From positions 17,749,500-17,813,499 of the forward strand of contig CM082577.2 of NCBI GenBank assembly GCA_040954595.2: a DNA stretch of 64,000 nt, in the 5' to 3' direction. A program made the position numbers and the translations under genes. The stretch is from Balanoglossus misakiensis. Lineage: Eukaryota; Animalia; Hemichordata. Positions 10,701-22,455 of this stretch are shown here, in pieces; position 1 is the stretch's first letter, and the number at the start of each line of letters is the position of its first letter. The notes beneath the pieces were generated by a model. That model made no database searches and was not told the DNA's origin. It saw nothing but the letters and a program-made list of their open reading frames with translations.

Positions 10701-13700
10701 TTTTAATTGTCAATTTTTGTCCCTAGTTCTCAATGAGACAATAACAAAAAAGCTGCATCACATATAGCAGAAGTACATGGATGTTCTCTGACATTGTGTC
10801 AATGTTGACAGGCCTGCCTAGGCAGTCTGTGAAGAAAGCTTTAGGGATTTTTGTGTGTGATATTAAATCTCATTGAACAAAAATAGTTGAGATACCATGG
10901 ATACAGAATGCACTCTGTAGGACTGGCAGATGCTCAGCCATCGCCGTTGTGAAGGTAGTGTCTGGCTATGGTTGGGGTGTCTTGCAGTCTTGCTCAAATC
11001 ATGCATTTTCAACTTATTACCAGCAGTCTGGTTAGATGTTTAGAGCAGTTTTGTCGAAAACAGAGTGTACTGTCCTATAGAGGCCAAAAGCAACTGGCAA
11101 AAAAAATTCAGGTTCCATCTTAAACATCTTGCCTAAATTAAAGGTCTAGAGTTTTTAATAAACGTGGCTTAAAGTGAAGGGGGTCGTTTCGCCGCGTTTG
11201 TTTGTTTATATACATTAGAAATCATCTACAAATCCCTGAAATTAGATAATTCTTAGAATGAACAAAGCAGCTAATCGTTGTGTAGACTGGGCATGACAGC
11301 AACTAAAGATCCTAGTAGGTCGTGGTGACTGCAATGAGGTTTGGGGAGGACATATTATCAAAGGGGACACCCACCCGGCGCGACGACCCCTTCCCTTTAA
11401 ACAACCTTCAAATGAATAGGCTTAACTTTAACTGGTTGATGTATGCATATTTGATTTTCTTTTTTAAAGGACATTATGGTGCATTTTTACAAGATGAATG
11501 GGACCTCATCTACAAAATCCGTAAGTCTAGATTGCTTAGTTCTTGGTACATTGTTGATTGTGATGTAACTATAGGGCGTGGGTGCAAACATCGCTGAAAC
11601 AGCTACATGAATGCTAACCAATAGCACTAGAAGACTATTTTTTGTTGGACGTCACGTGGACCACTATGGGACCAAAATGTTTTGACAAAAGGGTGGGTGA
11701 CCTTGGGATGACCCTTGACCTACTTGCCCATATCGCAATGTGGCTTGGGTGTATGAACAGACACTGCAACACAAATATTTCATAACTATGTGCCATGCAT
11801 GGGAATGCTGTCATCATCAGTTTTAAGAATATGCAAGTTTTTCTCCACAGTAAGCCATGCTTCCAAAAGTTTGAAAGTTCCGGTAACTTGTAAAATACGA
11901 GTTTTCAAAGACTTGGAGAAAACTGTGAAATATGCAAAGCTGCTTGAGAAGACGGGTATTTCACTACTCACAGTTCATGGGAGAACAAGAGACATGAAAG
12001 GTTCTTCCACTGGATTGGCTGACTGGAATTACATCAAAGCTGTCAAGTGAGTTTGGTCCATCTGCATAATTTCAGTTAGCTGTAATAGGTGACTTAAAGT
12101 TCCATTAGCTGTAACTTTTGACAATTTTTTCAGTATTTTTGTGTTTTTTCTTTAAAATAACTTCGTTTTATTGCACTCTGAACATTTTTCAACAACGACA
12201 AAAAGAGAAGAAAAAATACAAGCACAGACAAAACTTCAGTAAAGGATATCACGTCTTTTAAGCTCTTGTTTGAAAATTATTTCAGTATTTGAATCTTGAA
12301 TGCATAAAAAACGACATTTATGGATTGACCATTTCGCAATCAGTACAATCAAGTTAACCATATTATTGACATTTACATTGACAAAAATACCTATGCCTTC
12401 AACAATTGTTTCCCAGGTGAAAATAACATTTCGTTGATATAATACTTGAACAATACTCTTTGTCATATTCCAAACTTTTCTGGCAATGATACATTCAAAG
12501 TAACGGTGTTTAGTGGTGTCTTTTACATTACAATATTCGCATAATGGGCTGTCTCTCTTTTTCCATTGAAAAAGTTTAACATTGTTCACACAAGTTCGGT
12601 GTAAAAATTTCCAATGAAAAATCCTTAATCTATTTTCTCTCGTAATTTTATGGGCTAAGTCCCAAGAATCACGCCAATTTACTGTATGCTGTATTTCATT
12701 TTGCCAAGTTAACATGCTTGCTGGTTGCATAAAATTGCTCAACAATACTTTATAAATATCCTTTGTTTTCAAGTCTTTAAGAGACTTTTTCTTTCCATCA
12801 ACGCCAACATACTCTAGGTTACGCTTACAGGTAACAAGGAAACCATATTTGCCATTCCAAACGACATCACATTTGAAATTATCACTCTCATTATGAGGTT
12901 TGATACTGTTCCATGCTTTTAACACATCTTGATAAAAAATGGGTAATTTTGCTTCCAAGAAATCTGTCATAATCTTAATACTAGAAATTAAATCTCGTAA
13001 AAGAGAACGTTGTAAAGACGGTTCATAAAGGTACAAAGCATAATTTGTCCAGCATGCTTCATTACTGATCATTAAACGAGTTACCCACATAAACTTGAGA
13101 GCCTTTACTTTGAGGCTAAAAATTGGCATGTTGCAACCACCAGAATTAACAGGAGAGGCAAAAGTTCTCTTCTTCAATCTCCCAATGCCTTTTGAAGTAT
13201 AAGCCATAGATTAAATTGTCCACTTTTTGTATAATATGACTTGGAACAACAATCATAGAAGCTAAATAAGTAAGATTCAATAAAACCAGTGAATTTACGA
13301 TAAGAATTCTACCGTACAAAGTTAAATCTCTCTTTTTCCATGGCCTTCTGTTGCGTGCTTGACAGAGACCCATTACGATATGCATCATTAAAAGAGTTAA
13401 CAATTAAATTACCCAGCACTGGCCAGCACGTTCTATAAAATTCGACGGTGAAGTTGTCATAGCCAGGTGTCTTGTTAGCTTTCATCTTACGTAACACATT
13501 TATACACTTCACTTGTGATTTGACCTTCTCACACTCCTGGCCGCTGGGAGTGTGGGATAGAGAGTGTGGGATCAAATTGATCCCACACTCTGTGTTAATG
13601 CGCACACAGACAACTGTTATCTGACACGAGCTCTGATTGGATAATGATATCCATACCCCTCAGAATGAGCAAATATTATCCATTTGTGCGATGTGTTGTA

Positions 13701-16700
13701 CACAAACCTGAACTACAATGTGATCAGGTCATGTGCAGACGACAGTGGTGTACGTGGTTGGCGACAGACTAAAAAACACGGTTGTATTTTCTAGATATCG
13801 CTTGAATTTATACCACTGGAAACAATCTCCATATTTAAATGTGTTGAGCACATTTTTATAGCATGTGTGTACTGTAAACTCGTGATGAAATGGGGACTAT
13901 GTTTTGAGGGGCGGATCAATATATGACTGGTCATGCAGTTATCAGTTGGTATTTTATAGATTTAGTCCTTTTATTGTAAATAAACGTTAATATTGCAAAT
14001 TTCTGGTAGTGTGAGAAAAAGAATCTCACACACCAAGGACCTGGGATCGTATTTCTCACACTCGTCGGGGATATTCTGTCCCACACTCGCCTGCAGCTCG
14101 TGTGGGACAAAAAATCCCCAACTCGTGTGAGAAATATGATCACAGGTCCTTGGGAGTGTGAGATTCTATTATTCACAACTCTCTCTACAAGGCAATGATA
14201 TGATATCCTTTTCTGCGACAATCATTGAAAATAACATTACGTTTGGCTTTATCGCGAAGGCCTTGTACATTGTAAGTTTACACAACATAAACAAGTTGAT
14301 CGTTATACTGAATGCGCAGCTCTGACCACTTTCCCACCTTTACTGTTAATGCCTTCTGATGAACAACTTGAAAGCTCTGAAGTCTTGCTACACGTGGATG
14401 GCGTCGCTGTAAATTCTTTTCTTTTCTTTTGAAGGTTCTCAATTGTTGGTGTTGGTGGCGATCTGTCTTTTTTCTTTCTGGAACCCAGTCTCGTAAAAAA
14501 CCTGACGATTCCGTGATTTTTTCTACCGCTTGTACTTGTTGGAGTTGCGTTTGGTGTTTCATGAGATTTCTTGTCGTCCGGGGAGTTATTTTTCTCGGCT
14601 GGTCTACGATGTATCAGCACTGTCGTAGTTTTGGTGGACGATGTCTTCCTTATATCTTCCAACGCCATGTCAATAACTCGTTCCGCCTCCTTAACGCGCT
14701 CCGAATAAGATTCAATGAAGTCGTGTGCATCTTCTGTGTCTTGTGCTGCGCGTTGACATTTCGCAGCTATGTGCCCTGTTTGGTTACATTTTGTGACACA
14801 ACTTTTCTTTTGGGCAGTCCCGACTTCTGTGCCCCATTTGCTTGTAGTTGTAGCACATTAATGGCGGGCGTTTCATGCAGTCGGTGGCAGTATGACCATT
14901 TTCCTTAAAATAATGGCACTGTAATATCTGCCCAACGTGAAACACCCTAATGGGATAGCAGGTTTTGACACCTTTCTCAGCTGTCGTTGTAAGTTCTAGA
15001 AAGCTTGGTATTGGAGACTTCAACAACGACACATAATATGACAGAACTTCATGACCTCTGCGCGCGATCTGTGCAATATGGATTTTATTTTCATGAGTGA
15101 GAAGGTGTATTCTTCCGAGTATTTTTACGAGCGAAGCGAGTTAAAATGCAGAAGAATACACCTTCTCACGAGTGAAAATAACATCCATATTGCACAGATC
15201 GCGCGCAGAGGTCATGAAGTTCTGTTATTATTGCATATGTTTCCCCAGATTTGACGAAAATCAAAGTTTCGATCGTGGCGTATTGATTTTCATTACAGTG
15301 ATGCGCCAAAGGCGATGCAACCCAGAGAAGGCCGCTCATTGGCCAAAATGACGCAACCTTTGTTATGCAAAGAAGGGTCATGTGGGGTCATTCCAACAGT
15401 GGGTTTACCTGAGGTCGTGAGAACGCAGCGATAAATTTTGAAACACTGGCGATAGCGAGAGATTTTCGTAATTTTCGAGGTTCCAAAACACACTGACAAC
15501 TAAATGTTCTGTTATTCTGACGATAGTTGGGAAGGATAATAAAACAACGTGCCAGAATGTTGAAAAATCCGCATGTTTCGGCGATCATGTTGGCTCATTT
15601 CATCGGTGGTTTAGCTCAGGTCGCAAGATAGCATCGGCAATATTTGAGAAACTGGCGATAGCGAGGGATATTCCGAGGTTCCCAAACATACTGCCAGTTA
15701 ATGTTTTGTTATTCTGACAAAATTTGGGAAGGATAAGACAATGGCGTCTCCGAATGTTGAAAATTCCCCACGTTTCGGCGATCATACTCCAGCTCTGCCG
15801 ACCGCGTTCAATGTTTACAAACAAAACGTAGTCCGGCTTGTTTTTACACATTTGCATATGGGTTGTGAAAAATACCACTTTGTCACGCGCACAACTAAAA
15901 CAACAATCGGCTTTTTTGCGACTGAAATAAAACTTTTGTTATATCCTCCGGAGGTTTATATGAACTCCAAGTGATTGTCTAACAGAACGAGGGTTAAACT
16001 TTGAAAGATACGATCGATTGAAGGGGAAATGGGGGATCTTATTTCTTCTGGATGCTCATTTGCATATGAGCTCGCAAAAATACCAGAATTATTATTGCAC
16101 GGACCGCTTGGAATACTGTAGTACATATGCAATAACAAATTCTATTTCCATTGTAGTACATTGTACTTGGAGTTATCAAGTGGATCAGTCACAGTGCATC
16201 AGACAATTGGCTCCATTTGTACGCAGTAACGCTCAAGAAGGGGTGATATTTCTGAATTCAACACATGCATGGGAACGTCGTGAATAGAAATTCTGATTTT
16301 GTCGTCTTGCGGTGAGGGAAATCTGTTCAAAATTACATGTACATGTATGGCTCCAATGTCGATGCCTTCCACCAGAAGTTTGTCTCTGCTTTGTTCGTTA
16401 CTGGTGTAAATGACCCATTGTTTAGACTTCGGAATATATTGCACACCGATGAGACCACTCCTTCCGACCACCTGTTTGCAGGCATGAATTATATCTAATT
16501 CCTTCAGCCCTTGCAGTTTTGATTTGAAAATCTTGAATTTTACCTTCAGATCTTGATTTTTCATAGCATCTTCTGGACTTTTCATAGCTTTGTCGGTCAC
16601 TGTAGCTTCTATGCTGTTATCGTTTTCTTGAGTTGACGCCTTCAGGGGTGCCACAGCCGAAGGTACCCTGGATTTCGGCGACCTCTGACGTGTGCGTCTT

Positions 16701-19700
16701 GTACCGGATTTGCGACCCATGTGGAACAAAATGGGTTGATATTGGATAATTCAAGAACAAGACAATCACCACATTTCGTGTGTGTACTTACGCAAACTTT
16801 GCACACCTCATGCGAGGCTGAACACACGAAAAGGAGTTAGCAAAAAGGTGAAAAATAGCGAAACTTGCCATGAGCGGCGTCAGGTGTATGTTACTACCTC
16901 ATGCATGCGCAGGCCATCCCATTTTTTCAGTATTTTTATTCTGTGTATCAACCATAGTTTCTTGTTCGGCTCTCAGTGACAAGGTTAAATGCATAGTGTT
17001 AATCTTTTCAACATAGCCTACGAGTGCACAATCGGCACTGTTATTGTGTGAAAATTATATTAAAGTCCGGACTTCACTTGAATGTATTTGTAAACAATAA
17101 CAATGGTTGGTACACATACACATGGCTTGTTGACAACCAGAAACTGGGCGTGATGGGTTACTATAGGGAGGGGAAGAAGAATACACACAACAAACATTCT
17201 GAAAAACTAACAGCCCTTTACTACAAATGTCAAAATGTGTTAACTTTCCAGGCACATAAAAAGCTGTATCTATTGCATTTTTAATAGACTTTTGACATTC
17301 TTTGTCAAGATTATTTTGATTATAGTTATACCACGCATCAAGAGTAATGTTATGTATAATGTAGTTCACATAAATACATAACAGCAGAATGGTGTCGCCA
17401 TACACTATGCTAGTATGCTTAAATTCTGTTCTTTACTAGTCCCTTTATCATACAATGATATTAATAGTGGTATTTTGTGAATGGTATTATATCCTAGGTA
17501 GATGCTAAATATTATATATTTGTGTGTAATGTCACATAGTATTGGCCTGACTTCCATTTTTCTCTCTGATACCTTGACTTTAGGCAAAATGTTAACATTC
17601 CAGTTTTCTCGAATGGTAATATTCAGTATCTTGATGATGTAGAAAGATGTTTAAAAGAAACTGGGACTGAAGGTGTCATGTCTGCAGGTAAGAATTTCAC
17701 TCATTCACTCACTCACTCACATGTGGATGTCTCAACGCCATAGCAATAAGTTCAGACAAATCAAATCTTTAATACTGACAGGAAATGCAAATTTGCTGTT
17801 GTTTTGTTTCAGAGGGCAATCTTCACAATCCAGCTTTATTTCATGGAATTCAACCCTTTGTGGCAGACATTTCCGAAGAGTATCTCCAACTTGTACACAA
17901 GTATCCATGTGGTCTCTCATCTGTAAGAGGACATATGTTTAAACTGTGGCACCATGTGTAAGTGTTCATTTTTAGTGTTTTTCTCAGGTTTGATGAATCC
18001 AACTGGACCCAAATTGTAAACTCTGCTTTAGTACCTTCATTTGTCAGTTTCAAATGTGGAAAAAATAGTTCTCAATAATGTAAAGCTCCATTACACATTG
18101 AAGAAACAACAGAGAGCTGGGCTCAGCCTCAAACCTTGAATTAATGTATTGAAATACAAAATGCACTGCATACAATTTTACAAAGCTGTATGTCATCAGG
18201 GATGATTTTGATAAAGAAAATCTTCTCAAACTCCACTTACATTGTACAAGATTGCTCCGAAATTTGGTAAGCAGTTACTGGGTAATATTATGAGTCAAAT
18301 ATACTCAAACATTCACAAACTTTGCAATAATGTAGTTTAGGGCACCCCTCCCCCCCCCCCCCCAAAAAAAAACAACAACCAACAACACAAAAACGAAAAC
18401 AAACTACAAACGAACAACTCAGAATCTGCTTGTCTAGTTGCCTTGAAATTTGTTATGCATGTCCCTGGGGTGATCAAAATTACATGTTCAAATCAGGATG
18501 GAATCTGCACTAATGTATTTTTACGAAAATATTTGCAATTTTTATTTTTTTAAAGTCGTCACGAAGTCCCTAAGTCAAATTTGTTGAAGTTTTGGCAAAT
18601 TTTGCATTGCAGTACTGTTAGGGCATCGCAATCTTGCCGTTTAGTTCTACTGTCAAGTTTGCCTGGGTCTCAAGAGAAGAAGGCCATTTATTCTAAATCA
18701 GTCAGTTATCTTGTTTTATCACGGTTACTAGAAGAAGACGGTTAGGAAACTCTATTGTTCGGAAGGTGTGAACGAGGTGTTAGCTAGGAGAGTACATGTC
18801 CGAACCACTATGTGGGGTTGTATTGGGGAACGTGTTAATTTTTGAACCCCTTCATCTGCCCTTTTTCGTCAGAGTACAGCGCCACTTTTTTTTGTACGAG
18901 TTCCATATAGGCTTATGGAGTGCACGGTCATAGTCTGTTGGGCTTGCGACACTCTACCATTGTTTCTTGGGTGGTTAACTAAAAGTCCGGACTCAAATAG
19001 CGTCGAATTTTGAACCCCTAGAATTCAACCCTGATGGTCGCATTTCTGTTTTTTTTTAATATATTTAGATATTTTACACCTTTTTGTATTGCATGGGCTA
19101 TTTCGTTTATTCCAATTGGAATATTTCGTTGAGATTGCATACCCATTTCGATACAGTCGTTAACATTATCGATATAGCCTTTGGCGGCCATCTTGTTTGT
19201 TTTGGTTCGCATCGAATCTCTAGGGCACAGTCAAGACAAAGAATGTATGGCTTCATCATGTCCTTGAAAGTTCAAAATTGTCATAAATGTGCTGTGACTT
19301 TATAAATTATCCACTCTCTGTTCTGTTTTCCTCAAATCTGGTGGTATACGTACTGTGCGTGCAAGCAATTCCGTAAACATGAGTATGGTTTGCTTTGGAT
19401 TGTAGGGGTAATGACGTCATTTTGACCGAGCGGTCAGTTATTCTGTCTGTTTATTCGTATGGCCAGGCTCGTTAGCACCTGATATCTTTCGTTTACACTA
19501 AGTGTTTACCGAGGCGAGCATCTAACAATGGAGAAAAAATAGTTTCCTAACCGTCTTCTTCTAGTAACCGTGGTTTTATAAAGCAAATTTCACATCAGAG
19601 CGTGTCTGTCAATAGGTCGCTCATTATAAACCATGTATGTAAATATTATATTTTCTTTGTCATTCAAATCAGGCTTCAAGTTCATATTGATCTGAGGCTT

Positions 19701-22455
19701 GAACTTGCCAAAGCAAAAAATTTGGAAGCAATAGAGGACCTTTGTAGTGAGATGAGAAAACGGTGTGAGGAAGATATGAAACATTGTGATGGAACATTGG
19801 ATGGCAAGTTACCACATCCTTACTGGGTGTGTCAACCTTATGTCAGACCCAGGTAAGAGTACATCCATTTCATTTACTTTCTTTCAGATATTTCATGGAA
19901 ATAAGAATATATATTCATTTTTACTTTTAATATACAATCCTATATAGCCACCAAACAGCCATTTTGTTAAAAAACCAAACTCATGTGACATGCCTGAATT
20001 TATTACATTCAAACTTGGTACGGGGACAATGTACTACTGGAATAGGCATCAATTGATGTTGCCATAAGATCCAATATGGCTGCTGGTGGCCATCTTGTTA
20101 TGATGTGCATGTGGCAGAGTTCTTTAGACTGACAACATTTGATCTGGCAGAGGAAAAGGTCAAATATTGCAGCACTGTTTTATGACAAATGTTATTGGAC
20201 ATCATTAACACTATACTGATGTATATGAATTGTTCTTTGTGTTAGTATTTTTGTTTCCATCTGTGTAAGCATCAAGTTTTGTCTCAGTGACATTGCTGAT
20301 ACAGCAACAATGCTGGAACTTGTCAAAGCAAAAAAATCTTTACTTTCTTTTCCGTATCACCGTCATCAACAAAATAATGTGTATATAGTGACTAGCCGAT
20401 TCAAATGGGGACCCAAATATCTCGTCAATCAATAAAAGTCTTATCAAATTAGTAAGCATGATGGCAAAATCATTCACAAAAAGGATGCATCATCTTCACT
20501 AATTAATGATGCTTCACCCTGATTTGACACATACATGAGAGACCACCGAGGCTGTAGATTATGGTGGCTAGTCATTTGTTGTGCATACTGTTTCTGTAGT
20601 AGAAAGTGTGTGAATGTTGATGAATTATTTTTTGTGTTTTTGTTGTCATTATTTTTCTCCAGTGGAGTTTGGAATGACTGTGGTGTGGATTGAATGTAAC
20701 ACTGATTTTGAACATGGTGGTTTTGAGGCCTTTTTTCCTTAAGGATGTACGTTCAGTAAAATTGAAAGTATTGTCATTTTTTTAATTGTGGATTTTTGGA
20801 TTCCCCTTTGTATGTATAATGAAAATCTGTAATAAAATATAGGGGTCACTGCGCTTGTTTTTGAAATACAGAGCTATGAATTTAGTCGATAATAGAATAA
20901 ATCTGCTGACTCAGCACTTTTCACCAATGGTTTGTCTATGGGCAAAGTTTTTAACGCAATTTATTTCAAAATAGAGCACGGTTACCCCTATATTTTATTT
21001 TACCAATGACTTTATATTTACTGGACTGAGCTTTGTGTGAAATTTCGTGAATATGACAATAGTAGAAGTTTGTTTTCTAGCGATTATCAATGTAATCCTA
21101 TGGGAAAAAGACCGGGCGCGCAGTGTTTCCGGTTTATTCTGCGCGTACATCCTTAATGATAAATATGTTAATTATACTTGCTTTTTATTGTCTATGCAAT
21201 TTTGATATATTTTACACAAAACATTTTCTGAATGTGAATTGTATACACAAAAGAAAAACAATCAACTTGAACCATTGGAAATGGTAATGATGAATGAATT
21301 GAACATGAAAATATTGGTTGTATGAACTCTTTCAGCCCAGAAGAAGTCATCAAAGCTAAAGAGAAGCAGAAGTCAGTGAAGAGACCGCTTGTATCTATTG
21401 TAGAACAAGGCAAGAATATAGAAGGTCTTTCCAAGAATCAAATTAAGAAGAGAATGAGAAACCCTGCAGCGAAATTCAAATCAGAAGATGAGAGGAAAGG
21501 TATTATTTTTTCGATATGTTAATTCGATAAGATAATTTTTGGTTTCTTGGCGACAGTGCACCTTACCCGAGAGCAGTGGATACCTCATCTTGTAATAGGG
21601 TTCTATTCTCCTGTTGGATGATGAATAAAATCAAACAAAATCACAGCATTAAAACAGCCAAACTGCTTCTAATTTTCAGTACTAAAATTGGGAGAAGATT
21701 TAAGTATTTTATCGTTGTAAAGAAAATATGCAAAGATTTGGCAGCTCATGGGGCTTGAAGTACATGTACATTCATTCAAATAATCATGTTTCTGAACACT
21801 TTGAATTGTTATTTGTAATACTACTGCTTCTTTTATCTTGACAGCTATTAAACAACGCTATGTCAAATGTGCCAATTGTGGTAACCCAAAAGGGATGAAG
21901 TGTGTCTTTGCACTTTGTCGTGGTTGCTGTAAAAGCAAAGCACACAAACTAATGGCCGACTGCCCAAGTAAGTAAATGAACATGTATCTAGTATTCCAAG
22001 CCTTACCTCTTTCAAATAAAAATTTCTTGTGCTGCAAGAACCAATTATCATTTATGTACGTGGAGTAAGCGTTGCAATTGTTGATCAAATGTTCAGACCT
22101 GGTCAAACCGACCTTTGTTTCAGAGTCTGTATTTGGAATAAAATGGAATAAAATACAATTTAGTTCCCCTGTGTTTGCCTTTTGAAAATCTTGTTTGCCT
22201 GTAACATACATGTTTCTGAACATATATATTGGCGAGCAAACAATCACGTTGTGCATTGCCAGGCTTCTTGTTCATGGTCTGACTATTTACCACATGTTCA
22301 CTGGAGACACCACAAGATCATTTATGACAGTATTTTATATTATTTCAGGTCATAATCTGTGCTTCAAGACCAAACATGAGAAGCGGATAAAATGGGAAGC
22401 AGAACAGAGAGAAAAAGAGAAACTGACATCTTTGCAATCAGAAGAGGATGCATGA
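7725..22455 (+). CDS. DUS1L: tRNA-dihydrouridine(16/17) synthase DUS1-like, 11 coding exons, 491 aa
   Basis: GT-AG exons 7725-7788, 8887-9119, 9717-9825, 11470-11520, 11851-12046, 17584-17687, 17813-17957, 19673-19852, 21336-21499, 21845-21967, 22349-22455 join in frame (1476 nt). Motifs [70 protein letters not shown] and the C-terminal CANCGNPKG...CRGCC Cys cluster match DUS1L. Exon 1 is the least certain. Confidence 0.95.
8357..8588. mobile_element. Small TIR element (CCATAGACC...GGTCTATGG)
   Basis: Imperfect TIRs ccatagacctggtgaagttattggatacatctt / aagatatcctatccacgaagtggtctatgg. Confidence 0.4.
8887..9119 (+). CDS. DUS1L: DUS1L exon 2
   Basis: [25 protein letters not shown]...EDRPLIIQ; ag/gt boundaries. 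Confidence 0.95.
9165..9374. mobile_element. Tc1/mariner-pogo-type MITE (TA TSD); further copies ~48925-49118 and ~59082-59290
   Basis: TA-CTGTAAAACGGGTTATTTTCG ... CGAAAATAACCCGTTTTACAG-TA. Confidence 0.8.
9717..9825 (+). CDS. DUS1L: DUS1L exon 3
   Basis: [36 protein letters not shown] (includes the catalytic Cys motif). Confidence 0.95.
11470..11520 (+). CDS. DUS1L: DUS1L exon 4
   Basis: [17 protein letters not shown]; aag/gtaagt. Confidence 0.93.
11851..12046 (+). CDS. DUS1L: DUS1L exon 5
   Basis: [10 protein letters not shown]...LLTVHGRTR...ADWNYIKAV; cag/gtgagt. Confidence 0.95.
13526..14172. mobile_element. Non-autonomous hairpin-ended element nested in the LINE; same family at ~32270-32585 and ~56945-57195
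   Basis: ~150-bp palindrome at 14020-14167 centred on cactcgcctgcagctcgtg; near-identical hairpin at 32452-32580. Confidence 0.7.
15034..15940. mobile_element. Hairpin-ended element nested in LINE ORF1, with ~240-bp internal tandem duplication
   Basis: Palindrome 15041-15225 (43-bp perfect outer arms) centred on acgagcgaagcgagt; duplicated blocks 15410-15590 and 15620-15785. Confidence 0.7.
17584..17687 (+). CDS. DUS1L: DUS1L exon 6
   Basis: [30 protein letters not shown]. Confidence 0.93.
17813..17957 (+). CDS. DUS1L: DUS1L exon 7
   Basis: [10 protein letters not shown]...GHMFKLWHH. Confidence 0.93.
18720..19572. mobile_element. Non-autonomous DNA transposon, 32-bp TIR, 7-bp TSD (P-superfamily-like)
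   Basis: TIR CACGGTTACTAGAAGAAGACGGTTAGGAAACT and its perfect reverse complement; GTTTTAT flanks both ends. Confidence 0.8.
19673..19852 (+). CDS. DUS1L: DUS1L exon 8
   Basis: [15 protein letters not shown]...[10 protein letters not shown]. Confidence 0.92.
20743..21152. mobile_element. TTAA-flanked MITE (Kolobok-like); second copy ~51228-51625
   Basis: ttaa-GGATGTACG ... CGTACATCC-ttaa; interior clearly homologous to 51228-51625. Confidence 0.75.
21336..21499 (+). CDS. DUS1L: DUS1L exon 9
   Basis: ...[14 protein letters not shown]... Confidence 0.88.
21845..21967 (+). CDS. DUS1L: DUS1L exon 10
   Basis: [25 protein letters not shown]...ADCP. Confidence 0.92.
22349..22455 (+). CDS. DUS1L: DUS1L exon 11 (stop)
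   Basis: HNLCFKTK...W...EEDA*. Confidence 0.9.

Larger units (their letters stand above)
12141..16920 (-). mobile_element. Tx1/L1-clade non-LTR retrotransposon, both ends present but internally deleted and degraded, in DUS1L intron 5
   Basis: 17-bp TSD ATTTTTTCAGTATTTTT (12124-12140 and 16921-16937). ORF1 remnants at 16729-14303 include [15 protein letters not shown] and degenerate CCHC knuckles (GHTATDC, GHRSRDC). APE start TYNVQGLRD...IIAL* at ~14283-14185. Pre-RT block [13 protein letters not shown]; post-RT block [13 protein letters not shown]; zf-RVT CEYC...HRYFEC. AATAAA and an A-rich 3' end. Confidence 0.88.
12094..17284. mobile_element. TTAA-MITE split by the LINE insertion (left piece 12094-12140, right piece 16921-17284)
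   Basis: Left end ttaaagttccattagctgtaac...ttttcagtattttt continues after the LINE as attctgtgtatcaacc...ttcttgttc. The uninterrupted relative at ~59943-60020 reads ttaaaagtccactatctgtaac...ttttcagtattttttgtgtgtatc. Confidence 0.65.

Noticed and set aside
12236-13207. Nested antisense host gene in a DUS1L intron
   Set aside because: It is the C-terminal part of LINE ORF2 within TSD-bounded retrotransposon sequence.
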